DNA from: Thermoplasmata archaeon
GTDB taxonomy: Archaea > Thermoplasmatota > E2 > JACPAO01 > JAHFTW01
Direction: 5' to 3'
Assembly: GCA_023269235.1 (NCBI GenBank)
Contig: JAHFTW010000002.1
Coordinates: 6,067 to 70,066, forward strand
DNA length: 64,000 nt
This document shows positions 30,375-40,005 of the stretch, piece after piece (position 1 is the first letter of the stretch; every line of letters begins with the position of its first letter). Below the pieces are notes generated by a model. The model did no database searches and was not told where the DNA came from. It worked only from the letters and a program-made list of their open reading frames with translations. Both the position numbers and the translations under genes were made by a program.

Positions 30375-30667
30375 AGATCGACACCAACTGCTTGCTTGAT
30401 CTTCTCGCGAAGAGTGTTGTCCTCTTCCAGGCCGACGGCGACGACCGTCGGCGAGACGCTCGACACCAGCTCGCCGCGGGTGCGGGGGCTGATGCGGGTC
30501 ATGTCCCGGGTCTCCAGGACGAGAATGGAAACGCCGTCGTCACGGCGGGCGAGGGCGATGGCGCGCTCGAGCTCCTCCTCGGAGCCAGCGTCCCACACCT
30601 TGCGGATGCCCGCGAGGCGGAAGCCCAAGGTGAACTCGGCGCGGCCGACGACAGCGAGCTCGCCCAT
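30368..30667 (-). CDS. atpF: A/V-type ATP synthase subunit F
   Basis: [20 protein letters not shown]. Confidence 0.92.
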   Translation of the reverse strand: MGELAVVGRAEFTLGFRLAGIRKVWDAGSEEELERAIALARRDDGVSILVLETRDMTRISPRTRGELVSSVSPTVVAVGLEEDNTLREKIKQAVGVDLW

Positions 30668-31740
30668 TAGACGATCAACTCCTTGAGCCGGTCCGGGGCG
30701 AGGCCGGCCGCCTTGCCGCGCGCGATGGCGCGCAGGGTGGCGACCTCGCGGTGCTTGCGCACCAGGAAGAGAAGGATGGGCACGAGGCTGAGGGGGTTAG
30801 TGTGGCCGAGGCGGTCGAGCGCCTTGAGGTGCGCGCGCCAGACGGCGGCCTGGAAGGCGCCGAGCTTGCCGGCCTTGGCGGCGGCGTCGGCGGCCTCCTT
30901 GAGATCATCGGCGACCTTGGTGGCGGCGAGGGCCTCCGCGAACGCGGGGAGGTCCTTGGCCTTGGAAAGGGTGAGGGTGTCGGCGATGCCGAGGTGGCGG
31001 CCGCCGGGGACGACGTAGGGCGTGAAGTCGCCTGACTCACGCGCGGCGACCCAGCGGGCGGCGTTGAGGAGGTTGCGGGTGTCGATCTCGCGGCGCACGA
31101 ACTCGCGCACGACGTCGGCGCCCTTGGCGCTCGCGGCGTCGAGGCCGAGGAGGAGGCGGTTGTAGTACGCCTTGTCGAGCGCGTCCTCGTAGCGCGGGAG
31201 CGGGCTGCCGGCGGGGACCTTGGCGAGGATGGCGGCCCAGGCGCGCGCCTCGCCGGACTGGTTGCCCAGCGCGGTGAGGACGTCGGCGAGGGTCTTGACC
31301 TCGTCCGCGAGGAGCGGGGCGAAGAGCGCGTAGGTGGCCTGGTTCTCCAGGACCATCTCGCGCAGCAGCTCGGCCCGGCTCGCGCCGGCGGCCTTGCCGC
31401 GCAGGAGCGTCTTGAGGTCCTCGAAGTGGTTGCGCTCGAGGTAGAGGTTGACCAGCGAGCCGGCCTCGCCGCCCAGCATGCGACGGACGGCCTCGAAGGT
31501 GCGCTCCTCGTTGACGGTGAGGGCAGCCTCAAGGAGGTCAAGCCCGCTGAACTTGGTGGCGAGCTCGTCCACCTCGGCCTTGTACGCGGACTCCTCCACG
31601 AAGCGCGTGATTTCGGCCACGTCCATCTGCAGGGCCTTCTCGTAGTCGCTAGCGTCGAGGAGCTTCGAGCGCTTGGCGGCCACGCGGGCCACGGCGTAGG
31701 GGTAGTTGCTGGAACCCTTGCGCAGCAGTTGGAGAGCCAT
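30667..31740 (-). CDS. atpC: A/V-type ATP synthase subunit C
   Basis: NYPYAVARV, LDKAYY, E...LRAIARGK; operon position. Confidence 0.9.
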   Translation of the reverse strand: MALQLLRKGSSNYPYAVARVAAKRSKLLDASDYEKALQMDVAEITRFVEESAYKAEVDELATKFSGLDLLEAALTVNEERTFEAVRRMLGGEAGSLVNLYLERNHFEDLKTLLRGKAAGASRAELLREMVLENQATYALFAPLLADEVKTLADVLTALGNQSGEARAWAAILAKVPAGSPLPRYEDALDKAYYNRLLLGLDAASAKGADVVREFVRREIDTRNLLNAARWVAARESGDFTPYVVPGGRHLGIADTLTLSKAKDLPAFAEALAATKVADDLKEAADAAAKAGKLGAFQAAVWRAHLKALDRLGHTNPLSLVPILLFLVRKHREVATLRAIARGKAAGLAPDRLKELIV

Positions 31741-31749
31741 GGAGGACCT

Positions 31750-32304
31750 TTAGGCGAAGAGCCCGGCCTCGGCGCGCAGGACGGTGCGCCACTGGTCGTC
31801 GAGCAGCGTCTCGTAGGAGAGGTCGAGGCGGGCGTCGCCGGACTCGGACTCCACGATGATGCCGCCCGCGATGGCGGTGGCGCCGGCGTAAGCGTACGGC
31901 TTGGCCTTCTCGAGCGTGGCGGCGTCGGCCGCGTTGCCCCAGACCTTCCCGGCGGGGATGATCTTCTGGGCGCGCGCGACGAGGGCGGTGAGGTGCGCCT
32001 GGCGGTTCTTGGCCGGGGCGTCCTTGAGCGCCTTCAGGATGGCGGCCTTCAGCTCGGCGCGCAGGTGGGCCTCGCCGGAGAGGACGGCCTTGCGGGCGTC
32101 CGACTCGGCGCGGCTCGCGACCATCGCGGACGCCGCCTTGGCCTGGCGCTCGGCGTCGGCGAGGCGGGTCGCCTCGTACGCCTTGGCCTGGCCACGCGCT
32201 CCGTCGAGGAGGGTGGCGGCTTCCTTGCGGGCCGCGGCCAGGATGGCCGCCGCGCGCTGCTCGCCGTCACGCTGGACGTCGGTGATGACCTCCGAGAGTC
32301 CCAT
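31750..32304 (-). CDS. atpE: A/V-type ATP synthase subunit E
   Basis: MGLSEVI coiled coil, GGIIVES..G...D.SYE; operon position. Confidence 0.88.
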   Translation of the reverse strand: MGLSEVITDVQRDGEQRAAAILAAARKEAATLLDGARGQAKAYEATRLADAERQAKAASAMVASRAESDARKAVLSGEAHLRAELKAAILKALKDAPAKNRQAHLTALVARAQKIIPAGKVWGNAADAATLEKAKPYAYAGATAIAGGIIVESESGDARLDLSYETLLDDQWRTVLRAEAGLFA

Positions 32305-32320
32305 GGGGATCGCTCTCGGG

Positions 32321-32545
32321 TTAGGCCATCTTGCCCATGAGCAGGAAGGCGATGACGAAGCCGAAGAGAACGATGGTCTCCGGGATGACGGTGAGCGTCA
32401 GGCCCTTGCCGAAGTTCTTCTCGTCCTCGGCGGTCGCGCCGACGGCGGCCGCGCCGATGCCGTACTGGGCGATGGCCGTGCCAATGCCCGCGAGACCGAC
32501 CGCGAGGCCGGCGCCGATGCCGATGAGTCCAGATTCGATGGCCAT
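32321..32545 (-). CDS. atpK: A/V-type ATP synthase subunit K (c, single-hairpin proteolipid)
   Basis: GLAVGLAGIG...AQ..IG...IPETIVLFG; AAGGAG SD. Confidence 0.92.
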   Translation of the reverse strand: MAIESGLIGIGAGLAVGLAGIGTAIAQYGIGAAAVGATAEDEKNFGKGLTLTVIPETIVLFGFVIAFLLMGKMA

Positions 32546-32655
32546 TGTGGTGTGCTCCTTGTGTGGTGGGGGGAAGAGGGTGGGAGAGAGGTGGGGAGGA
32601 GGGGGTGGAATCGGTGGGGGGAAGGGTCCGTTTTGGGCTCCGGTGAAGGAGTCCA

Positions 32656-34761
32656 TTAGGAGGCTTGTTTCGCGCGACGGCCGAACGGTACATAAGGCCG
32701 TCCGCCGCCGGTGTAGAACTTGCCGAAAAACTCGACGAACTGCAGACGCAGGGACTGCAGCGTGCCCGCGATGATGGCGAGGACAAGAATGAGGCCGAAG
32801 GCGGCCAGATACACGAGCCAGCCGACGATGCTGCCCGTGTTCGCGACGCCGTCGTGGCCGGCGATGACGACGAAGGCGATGTTGCCGAACGCGATGGCCA
32901 TGCCGGCTTTCGAGGCGCCGATGGCGGCGAGACGCGTGTAGGAGAGGATGTTGCCGACCAGGCCGGGGATCTCCAGGAGCGCGATGAAGCCGACGCCGAT
33001 GACGTGCTGGGCGCCCATGTAGAGGAGGACGACCGAGGCGACGGCGAGGCCGATGCCGGCGTAGCTCAAGGGGGCGGGGGCCAGCAGGGCGACGGCGCCG
33101 CCGGCCATGAGGGACAGCCAGGCGCCCTTCTCCTGGATGGCGAGCTTGAGGCCGTGCGCCTTCGCGACATTGCGGAAGCCGAGCAGGAGGCCGAGGATGA
33201 CGTGGACGAGGCCGATGAGCATGCCCCAGACGAGGAGCGCGAGGACGTCGTGCGTCTTGGAGTACCAGCCGAGGACGATCGGGCCGGCGGCGAGGTGGAC
33301 GTCGGTGTGCGGCGCGAGGAGGGCGCCGAGGCCGCTTCCGGCCGCGTGGGCGGCCTCCGCGACGTCCGCGTGCGTGAGGTGGAAGAAGCCGGTCGTGTCG
33401 AGGTGGAGCCCCAGGATGTTGGCCCAGGACAGGTCGCCTTCGAGGGCGGCCTCGTGGGGGACGACGAAGTGGATGCCGAGCGCTTCGCCGAAGACGAAGA
33501 GGCCGACGAGGGCACTCATGACGCCGCCCATGAAGATGCCACGGCCGACGGCGGGGCCACCAATGCCGAAGACCTTGTTGGTCTTGAGGAACCAGCCGAC
33601 CGCCATGATGAGGAGGCCGACCGCGACGTCGCCGACCATGAGGCCGAAGAAGAGCGGGAAGAAGACCAGCATGAGCTTGCTGGGGTCCACCTCGTTGTAG
33701 CGCGGCTTGCCCAGTAGGCCGAGGAAGAACTCGTAGGGCTTGGCGGGGCCCTTGTTGCTGAGGTGGACGGGAGGCTCCTCGGCGGCCGTGGAGGCGTGGT
33801 GCTCCTCGTGGGCGCCGGCCGCATGCTCGGTAGCGTGCTCGCCGTGCTTGTGGTGTTCGGCGTGGACAGCCTCCATGGGGGCGTCGCCGAGGTTCTCCAG
33901 GTAGAGCTGCTCGCCGAAGCGGGCCTTCAGGGCCGAGCGGACGGCGTCGAGGTGGCCGGCGGGGACCCAGCCCTCGATGTGGAACGTGGTCGCGGTGACG
34001 CCGAACTGAAGCGGCGCCTGCGTCTGCTCGACCGTGGAGGCGAGCGTGGCCTCAAGGGCGGCGAGGCGGGGGCCCCACGCGGTGCGCAGGGCGACGAGGT
34101 CGGCCTCGGCCTTAGCGAGGTCGGCCTGGAGGCTCGTTCGCTGGGCCGCGAGCTGGCTAAGGCGCTGGGCCGGGACGCCGGTGCCGGCGGGGACGGTGAT
34201 GGAGTTGAAGCCGGCCGCCGCGAGCGCCTTCTCGGTGGCAGGGGCCTGGGCGAGGGGGGCGACGACGGCGAGGACGGAGCCGGAGCGGCTTGCCTCGACG
34301 CCCGCCGGGAGGACGGGCTCGGTGCGGGACGTGCCGACGAAGAGGCGGACGGAGCGCAGCGAGGCGGCGAGGCCGAGGTCGAGGCCCAGGCCGGCGAGCG
34401 GCTGGAGGGAGGACTCCTCGGAGTCCAGGCCGGCAAGCTTGGAGCGCAGGCCAGTGGCGCGGTCGAGGGCGGGTTGGAGCGCCTTCTGCGCCTCGCTGAG
34501 CGACACGGGGGTGCCAGCCGATGGGGCACGGCCGAAATCCTCGGAGCCGAGCGCCTTGACGAGGCCGCGCAGCGCGACGAGGTCGGCGCTCGCCGCGTCG
34601 CCGGCGGGAAGGGGGGTGCCGATGCGGGTCGTGCCCGTCGGGTCGGCGTAGTCCTCGATGTGGAGGACACCTTGGGCGTGGAGGGTGGCGATGGCGCCGG
34701 CGAGATGGCTGGAGTGCCCTCCGATGAGGAGACGAGCCATGCGGGCCGGCAGGAACGCCAT
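32656..34761 (-). CDS. atpI: A/V-type ATP synthase subunit I (a)
   Basis: P.Y.EVDPS, FFGLMVGD, LSYTRLAA, LRLQFVEFFGKFY.GGG. Confidence 0.93.
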   Translation of the reverse strand: MAFLPARMARLLIGGHSSHLAGAIATLHAQGVLHIEDYADPTGTTRIGTPLPAGDAASADLVALRGLVKALGSEDFGRAPSAGTPVSLSEAQKALQPALDRATGLRSKLAGLDSEESSLQPLAGLGLDLGLAASLRSVRLFVGTSRTEPVLPAGVEASRSGSVLAVVAPLAQAPATEKALAAAGFNSITVPAGTGVPAQRLSQLAAQRTSLQADLAKAEADLVALRTAWGPRLAALEATLASTVEQTQAPLQFGVTATTFHIEGWVPAGHLDAVRSALKARFGEQLYLENLGDAPMEAVHAEHHKHGEHATEHAAGAHEEHHASTAAEEPPVHLSNKGPAKPYEFFLGLLGKPRYNEVDPSKLMLVFFPLFFGLMVGDVAVGLLIMAVGWFLKTNKVFGIGGPAVGRGIFMGGVMSALVGLFVFGEALGIHFVVPHEAALEGDLSWANILGLHLDTTGFFHLTHADVAEAAHAAGSGLGALLAPHTDVHLAAGPIVLGWYSKTHDVLALLVWGMLIGLVHVILGLLLGFRNVAKAHGLKLAIQEKGAWLSLMAGGAVALLAPAPLSYAGIGLAVASVVLLYMGAQHVIGVGFIALLEIPGLVGNILSYTRLAAIGASKAGMAIAFGNIAFVVIAGHDGVANTGSIVGWLVYLAAFGLILVLAIIAGTLQSLRLQFVEFFGKFYTGGGRPYVPFGRRAKQAS

Positions 34762-35078
34762 CAGAAGGTCCCCTCAAGGGTCTTCACGGCGCGCTCGGCG
34801 GCGGCGGGCAGGCCGGCCTCGACGCGCTTCTTGGCGTCCGCGGCCTTCTTCTGGCCGGCGGCGACGGTCCGCGCGGCCTCGGCCTCGGCGGCCTTCCGCG
34901 CGGCCTCGACGCGCGACTGGTGGGCGAAGTCGGCCTGGGCGCGGCCCTCGGCGAGGATGGCCTCGGCCTGGCGGCGGGCGTCGGCGACGATGGCCTTCGC
35001 CTCGGCCTCGGCGGTGGCGACGCGCTTGTCGGCCCCCGTCTCGGCGTCCTTGATCTTGAGCAGCAGGTCGCTCTTCAC
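34761..35078 (-). CDS. atpH: A-type ATP synthase subunit H (G)
   Basis: LLKIKDAE and Ala-rich coiled coil, first gene of the operon; stop overlaps the atpI start. Confidence 0.8.
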   Translation of the reverse strand: MKSDLLLKIKDAETGADKRVATAEAEAKAIVADARRQAEAILAEGRAQADFAHQSRVEAARKAAEAEAARTVAAGQKKAADAKKRVEAGLPAAAERAVKTLEGTF

Positions 35079-35226
35079 AGGCCCTCTCCAGGGCGCGCCA
35101 GAGAGGGGGGTTATTTCAGCGCTTGGCCGCGCGCGGCGCCGCTTCCGGTGGAAGGCCGTCCATCGGGTTGGATGGAGGAGAGAAGATCGGCCGAGGGCAC
35201 CGCTCGGCACGTTGCTCCAGCCGGCG

Positions 35227-37542
35227 TTATTCCGGTTGGAAGTAGCGCTGCACGGTGAGCATGCGGCGCGCCAGCCAATGGCTGCTGCCGCGCTCGGAGG
35301 CGACGCGCATGAGGAGGACGTTGCCGGGGGCGCGGTCGGCGATCTCCTGGGTGCGCGGCCCAAGCAGGCTGCGGCGCCATGGGCGCGGTGCCATGCTCGC
35401 TCCCAGGACGAGGAGGTCCTGGCCGCGGCTCGCCTCGAGCACCTTGGCCACGGTGGGGCCGTTTGCGAGCTCGGTGTCGAGGACGGCGCCGGGGACCGCG
35501 TTCTGGGCGACGGTGGCCTGGGTCCGGGCGCGCTCGCCGTCCGTGTCGCTCCCGGTCAGGACGTGGAGGATCTTGGCACGGCCGCCCCAGCTCTTGGCGA
35601 TGGCGGTGCCGACCCGGATGCCCAGCGACGCCTGGGCGCCCGCGGTGACGAGCACGCGCCCGCCCGCGACCTCCGGGGTGCGCAGGCGCAGAAGCCCGAG
35701 GTCGCAGGGCGGGTACGCGAGCAGTCCGCTGGTGGGCTGGCCCACGGTGGCGCGCGCTTGGCCGCTCATGAGGAGCAGGCTGCTGCCCTCCTCCTTCGCG
35801 GCGTCGCGCACCATGGCGTCGAGGTTGTGGCCGATGCGCACCATCGTCGTGGCGGGGACGCCCGCCGGAAGCGCGGCGCGCGCCTCGGCGAGCAGCGTGC
35901 GGTCGCGCTGGAAGGCCTGCCCCTCGGCGAGCGGGGTGAGCTCAGGGACGAGGATGGGTTGCAGGAAGACGACCTCGCCGTCGAGGCTCTGCGCGACGGC
36001 GCCGGCGGTGCGTGACAGGGCGCGCGCCATGCTCGGGGCGGGGCTCAGGAGCAACACGAGGATGCGGTACGCGCGGCGGTCCTGGCGCACCATCGGGAGG
36101 GGGATGAGCGGCAGGGGAGTGGGCGGCGCGCTCGTCTCCCGGGGCCGAACGTAGAGGTAGTACGCGAGCAGGCCCACGCCGAGCCAGGCGAGCGTGACGT
36201 ACCACGCGAGCGGGGAATACTTGAACAGATAGACGGCGAGGAAGAATTTCGTCAAGATGCCGACGATGGGGACGATGGGAAAGAGCGGCGCGCGGAAGCC
36301 GAAGCGTTCGGCGGGGATGACCTTGCGGAGCTTGATGTAGGCCAGGTTCACCAGGAGGAACAGAAGGAGGAACATCACGTCGGCGCTGGCGGCGACGGCC
36401 TCGATGGGGAACACCGTCATGATGAGCGTCAGGACCCCGGAGCCGAGCACCGCCGTGTGGGGGGTGCGGCGTTTCGGGTGGACCTTGCCGAAGACGCGCG
36501 GCAGGTTGCCGTCGCGGCCCATCGCGAAGCTGACGCGGGAGCTGGAGTAGATGGTGGCGTTGAGCGCCGTGAGCTGAAGCAGCAGGGCGGCCCCCGCGAT
36601 GAGCACGGTGCCGTACGGCATGATCTGCGCCGCCACGGTGGCCAGCGCGCGCTCCTTAAGGACGCCCAGATAGACCCAGCTTGGGCCGCCATCGGGCGCC
36701 GCCGTCGTCCCCAGCGCGATGAAGGCGATGAGGAGCATGATGACCCAGGCGATGAGGAAGCTCGCCCAGATGGCGCGCGGGATGTTGCGGCGCGGGTTTT
36801 GGATCTCCTCGGAGGTCTGCGAGATGATCTCGTAGCCCTCGAACGCGATGAACGTGATGCCCATCGCGAGGAAGACGTTTGACATTCCCGTGAGCGTGCT
36901 GGAGCCGCCGAAGAACGGGAACAGGTTGGCGTTCACGAGCTCCGGCTGGTGCGCGACGCGCCACAGGCCGAAGCCGATGAACACGATGACCAGCAGGAGG
37001 ACGAAGCTGTTGACGACGTTCTCCGTCTTGATGCCGATCTTGACGCCGACGTAGTTGAGGCCAACGAAGAGCGCGCACAGGCCGAGGGCCAGCCCCTTGA
37101 GGAGCCAGAAGGACTCGCCCTCCAACCAGCCGGCGTAGTGGGCGAGGGTGAGGATGAAGGCGGCGCTCGCGATCGAGTAGAGGGCGCACGCGATGACGTG
37201 ACTGAACCAGCTGAACCAGCCGCCCAGGAACCCGTACGGCTGCCCGAGGCCCTGCTTGACCCACAAGTAGCCCCCCCCGGCGTCGTCGGAGGCGGAGCCG
37301 AGCTCGGCGTACACCAGCAGCGTCGGGATGGTGATGAAGCCGTTCAGGAAGAGCGCCAGGATGATGGCAGGCCCGGCGACGCCCGCCGCGAGACCGAGGA
37401 GGACGAACACGCCACCGCCCATCAGCGCCCCGACCCCCATCATCGTGGCGTCGAGCAGGGTGATCTCGCGCGCCAGCCGGACCTCGCCCTCGCCCGACTC
37501 CCCGGACGGGGCTGGGCTGGGTGCGTTCGCGGGCGGCTCCAC
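35227..37542 (-). CDS. APC family amino acid permease with C-terminal universal-stress-protein domains
   Basis: GALMGGGVF, GGGY, AFEGYE, EEIQNP, SSRVSFAMGRDG; USP-like tail; start uncertain. Confidence 0.88.
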   Translation of the reverse strand: MEPPANAPSPAPSGESGEGEVRLAREITLLDATMMGVGALMGGGVFVLLGLAAGVAGPAIILALFLNGFITIPTLLVYAELGSASDDAGGGYLWVKQGLGQPYGFLGGWFSWFSHVIACALYSIASAAFILTLAHYAGWLEGESFWLLKGLALGLCALFVGLNYVGVKIGIKTENVVNSFVLLLVIVFIGFGLWRVAHQPELVNANLFPFFGGSSTLTGMSNVFLAMGITFIAFEGYEIISQTSEEIQNPRRNIPRAIWASFLIAWVIMLLIAFIALGTTAAPDGGPSWVYLGVLKERALATVAAQIMPYGTVLIAGAALLLQLTALNATIYSSSRVSFAMGRDGNLPRVFGKVHPKRRTPHTAVLGSGVLTLIMTVFPIEAVAASADVMFLLLFLLVNLAYIKLRKVIPAERFGFRAPLFPIVPIVGILTKFFLAVYLFKYSPLAWYVTLAWLGVGLLAYYLYVRPRETSAPPTPLPLIPLPMVRQDRRAYRILVLLLSPAPSMARALSRTAGAVAQSLDGEVVFLQPILVPELTPLAEGQAFQRDRTLLAEARAALPAGVPATTMVRIGHNLDAMVRDAAKEEGSSLLLMSGQARATVGQPTSGLLAYPPCDLGLLRLRTPEVAGGRVLVTAGAQASLGIRVGTAIAKSWGGRAKILHVLTGSDTDGERARTQATVAQNAVPGAVLDTELANGPTVAKVLEASRGQDLLVLGASMAPRPWRRSLLGPRTQEIADRAPGNVLLMRVASERGSSHWLARRMLTVQRYFQPE

Positions 37543-37685
37543 CAGGCCCGGCCACTTGGGTCTTGGACGTAAGGGTGCTGGTGGCGTTTCCAGAGGAGAA
37601 AGGGCACCGGTCGGGGTCCAGGGGGCCTCAGCCCCCTGGCGGGAGATAGCCTTGAGCGCAGGAGCGCTCAAGGCGCAGCGACTGC

Positions 37686-37720
37686 CTTTTGCGAGGGGTC
37701 GCGAAGCGACCCCTCAAAAG
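37686..37720 (-). terminator. stem-loop directly downstream of tRNA-Leu
   Basis: GAGGGGTCGC-GAA-GCGACCCCTC perfect 10-bp inverted repeat flanked by T4/A4. Confidence 0.55.
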
Positions 37721-37804
37721 TGCGGGAGATCGGATTTGAACCGATGAACCACGAAGGACTAGCACCTCAAGCTAGCGCCGTTGGCCAAGCTTGGCAACTC
37801 CCGC
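37721..37804 (-). tRNA. tRNA-Leu(GAG)
   Basis: Cloverleaf GCGGGAG/CTCCCGC, anticodon arm CTAGC-TTGAGGT-GCTAG, long variable arm, TTCAAATC; CCA not encoded. Confidence 0.93.
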
Positions 37805-37843
37805 GGGGGCGAATGGGGGAAAAGGTGCCGGGGGACCGGCCAG

Positions 37844-37927
37844 CGCGAGGAGAGAGATTTGAACTCTCATGCCCAAGAGGGCACGGCCTTAGCAGGGCCG
37901 CGCAATACCAGGTTATGCGATCCCCGC
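37844..37927 (-). tRNA. tRNA-Ser(GCT)
   Basis: GCGGGGA/TCCTCGC acceptor, CGGCC-CTGCTAA-GGCCG anticodon arm, long variable arm, G discriminator; TTAAAT box about 30 nt upstream. Confidence 0.93.
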
Positions 37928-37984
37928 ACGCGGCGAACCGCGCGACTTAGGGTGCCCATTTAACCGTTCTTGGCCGGCTTCTCC

Positions 37985-39028
37985 TTAGGCGGGCGGCGCG
38001 GAGCCCGGCGTGTAGCCCGGAAGGTCATGCGGCGCGAGGGGGGCGCGCAGGCTGTTGTTGCGCAAGCCCTGGACGACTTGGCCGATGGCCTGGGCGTCCA
38101 CGCCGTAGTGGCGGTAGAGGTCTTTCGGGTCGCCGGACTGCGTGAAGCCGTCCTGGACGCCGACGCGCCAGAGCTTGGCGGCCACGCCTTCGCCGGCGAG
38201 GCACTCCGCGACGGCGGAGCCGAGGCCGTTGTGGATGAAGTGGTCCTCGGCGCTCACGACGTAGCCGGTCTCGCGGCCGGCCTTGGCGATGAGGGTGCGG
38301 TCGATGGGCTTGACGGAGGCCATCGCGATGACGCGGACGCTGAGGCCCTTGGCTTTCAGGTCCTTGGCGGCGATGAGCGCCTCCTGGACCTGGGGGCCGT
38401 TGGCGATGATGGCGGCGTCGGAGCCGTCCTGGAGGACGTGGCCCTTTCCCCACTGGAACTCGTAGTCCGAGTCAAAGAGGACGGGGGCTGCGGCGCGCGT
38501 GCTGCGCATGTAGGCGGGGCCGGGGCGGAGGTACATGGCGAGGACCGCCGAGGCGGCCTCGACCGCGTCGCAGGGGGCGACGACGCCCATGTGCGGGAGC
38601 GTGCGGAAGACGCCGATGTCCTCGAGGGAGTGGGCGCTGCTGCCATCTTGGCCGGTCATGAGGCCGCCGTGGGAGCCGCAGAACTTGACGTTCAGCTTCT
38701 GGCGCGCCACGCAGTTGCGCACCTGCTCCCAGCCGCGCTGGAGGAAGATGGCGAACGAGCTCGCGAACGGGGTCTTGCCCATGTGGGCGAGGCCGGCGGC
38801 GGTGACGACCATGTCCTGCTCGCTGATGCCCATCTGGTAGAACCGGTGCGGGTATTCCTTGGCGAACCAGTGCGAGCGCGTGGACTCGGCCAAATCGGCG
38901 TCGAGCGCGACGACGTCGGCGTGCGTGCGGCCGACCTCGAGGAGGCCCTTGCCGTAGCCGTCGCGGATGCTGACCTTGTCGCCGAGCTTCCATCCGTGCG
39001 GGACGGAGCCCGCGGAGCCGGCAGCCAT
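37985..39028 (-). CDS. transketolase, C-terminal subunit
   Basis: DADL..ST, GISEQDM, GQDGSSAH, SVKPID, EDH. Confidence 0.92.
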   Translation of the reverse strand: MAAGSAGSVPHGWKLGDKVSIRDGYGKGLLEVGRTHADVVALDADLAESTRSHWFAKEYPHRFYQMGISEQDMVVTAAGLAHMGKTPFASSFAIFLQRGWEQVRNCVARQKLNVKFCGSHGGLMTGQDGSSAHSLEDIGVFRTLPHMGVVAPCDAVEAASAVLAMYLRPGPAYMRSTRAAAPVLFDSDYEFQWGKGHVLQDGSDAAIIANGPQVQEALIAAKDLKAKGLSVRVIAMASVKPIDRTLIAKAGRETGYVVSAEDHFIHNGLGSAVAECLAGEGVAAKLWRVGVQDGFTQSGDPKDLYRHYGVDAQAIGQVVQGLRNNSLRAPLAPHDLPGYTPGSAPPA

Positions 39029-39912
39029 TACGCAGCCACCTCCGGGGTCCACTTCTCGCCGAGCTCAGCCATCGCCTTGACCATCTCGTCCTTGGTGAGG
39101 GCGCGGCCGTGGAACTCGGGCTTGCCGACCATGAAGCTGACGCCGTGGCCTTTTTGGGTGTCCATGACGAGGCACTGCGGCTGGCCCTTCACGGCGTCGG
39201 CCTCGTCGAAGGCCTCCAGGATGGCCTTCATGTCGTGGCCCGGGACGTTCTTCGTCCAGAACCCGAACGCCTTGAACTTCGCCGCGATGTCGCCGAGGTC
39301 CTTGACGTCCTTCGTCCAGCCGTCAATCTGGATCTTGTTGGCGTCCACGATGACGGTGACATTGTCGAGCTTGCGGTGGCTGCTGGTGAGCGCCGACTCC
39401 CAGATGTTGCCTTCTTGCAGTTCGCCGTCGCCGAGGACGACGATGACGCGGCCGGCGCGGCCGTCGATGCGCTTGGCGAGGGCGCAGCCGTTGCCGTAGC
39501 CGAGCCCCATGCCGAGGCTTCCCGTGCTCATCTCGATGCCGGGGATCTTGCGGTCGGCATGGCCCTGGAGGAGACTGCCGAAGCGGCGCAGCTTGCCGAA
39601 CTCGCTCTTGGGGAAGAAGCCCAAGTCACCGAGGATGGCGTAGAGGCCGGGGGCGCAGTGGCCCTTGCTGAGAATGAAGATGTCACGGTCCGGGTCGCGC
39701 GGGTTCTGCGGGCTGATGTTCATGCGGTTATGATAGAGCGCGACGAGGAATTCCGCCATCGAGAAGGAGCCCCCCGGGTGGCCGGAGCCTGCGCCGAACG
39801 TCATCTTGAGGGTCTCGACGCGCAGGAGGCGGGCCTTCTCTTGGAGCTCGGGAATCGTGAGGAGCTTGCGCGCCGGGTCCGCCACGAGTCCAGCGACGGG
39901 GGGGTCGGGCAT
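39028..39912 (-). CDS. transketolase, N-terminal (TPP-binding) subunit
   Basis: SGHPGGS, LSKGH, LQGH, STGSLG, GDGELQEG. Confidence 0.93.
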   Translation of the reverse strand: MPDPPVAGLVADPARKLLTIPELQEKARLLRVETLKMTFGAGSGHPGGSFSMAEFLVALYHNRMNISPQNPRDPDRDIFILSKGHCAPGLYAILGDLGFFPKSEFGKLRRFGSLLQGHADRKIPGIEMSTGSLGMGLGYGNGCALAKRIDGRAGRVIVVLGDGELQEGNIWESALTSSHRKLDNVTVIVDANKIQIDGWTKDVKDLGDIAAKFKAFGFWTKNVPGHDMKAILEAFDEADAVKGQPQCLVMDTQKGHGVSFMVGKPEFHGRALTKDEMVKAMAELGEKWTPEVAA

Positions 39913-40005
39913 AAGGCTTCATCCCGCCCGGCGGAGAACGCGGGGGGTCCGGCCGGCCACCCCCTTACAGAAACCTCTTGAAGAAACGGTGCTGGTCGGC
40001 TCTTC

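Noticed and set aside
37720-37963. Small plus-strand ORFs (76 and 60 aa)
   Set aside because: They are antisense to tRNA-Leu and tRNA-Ser.
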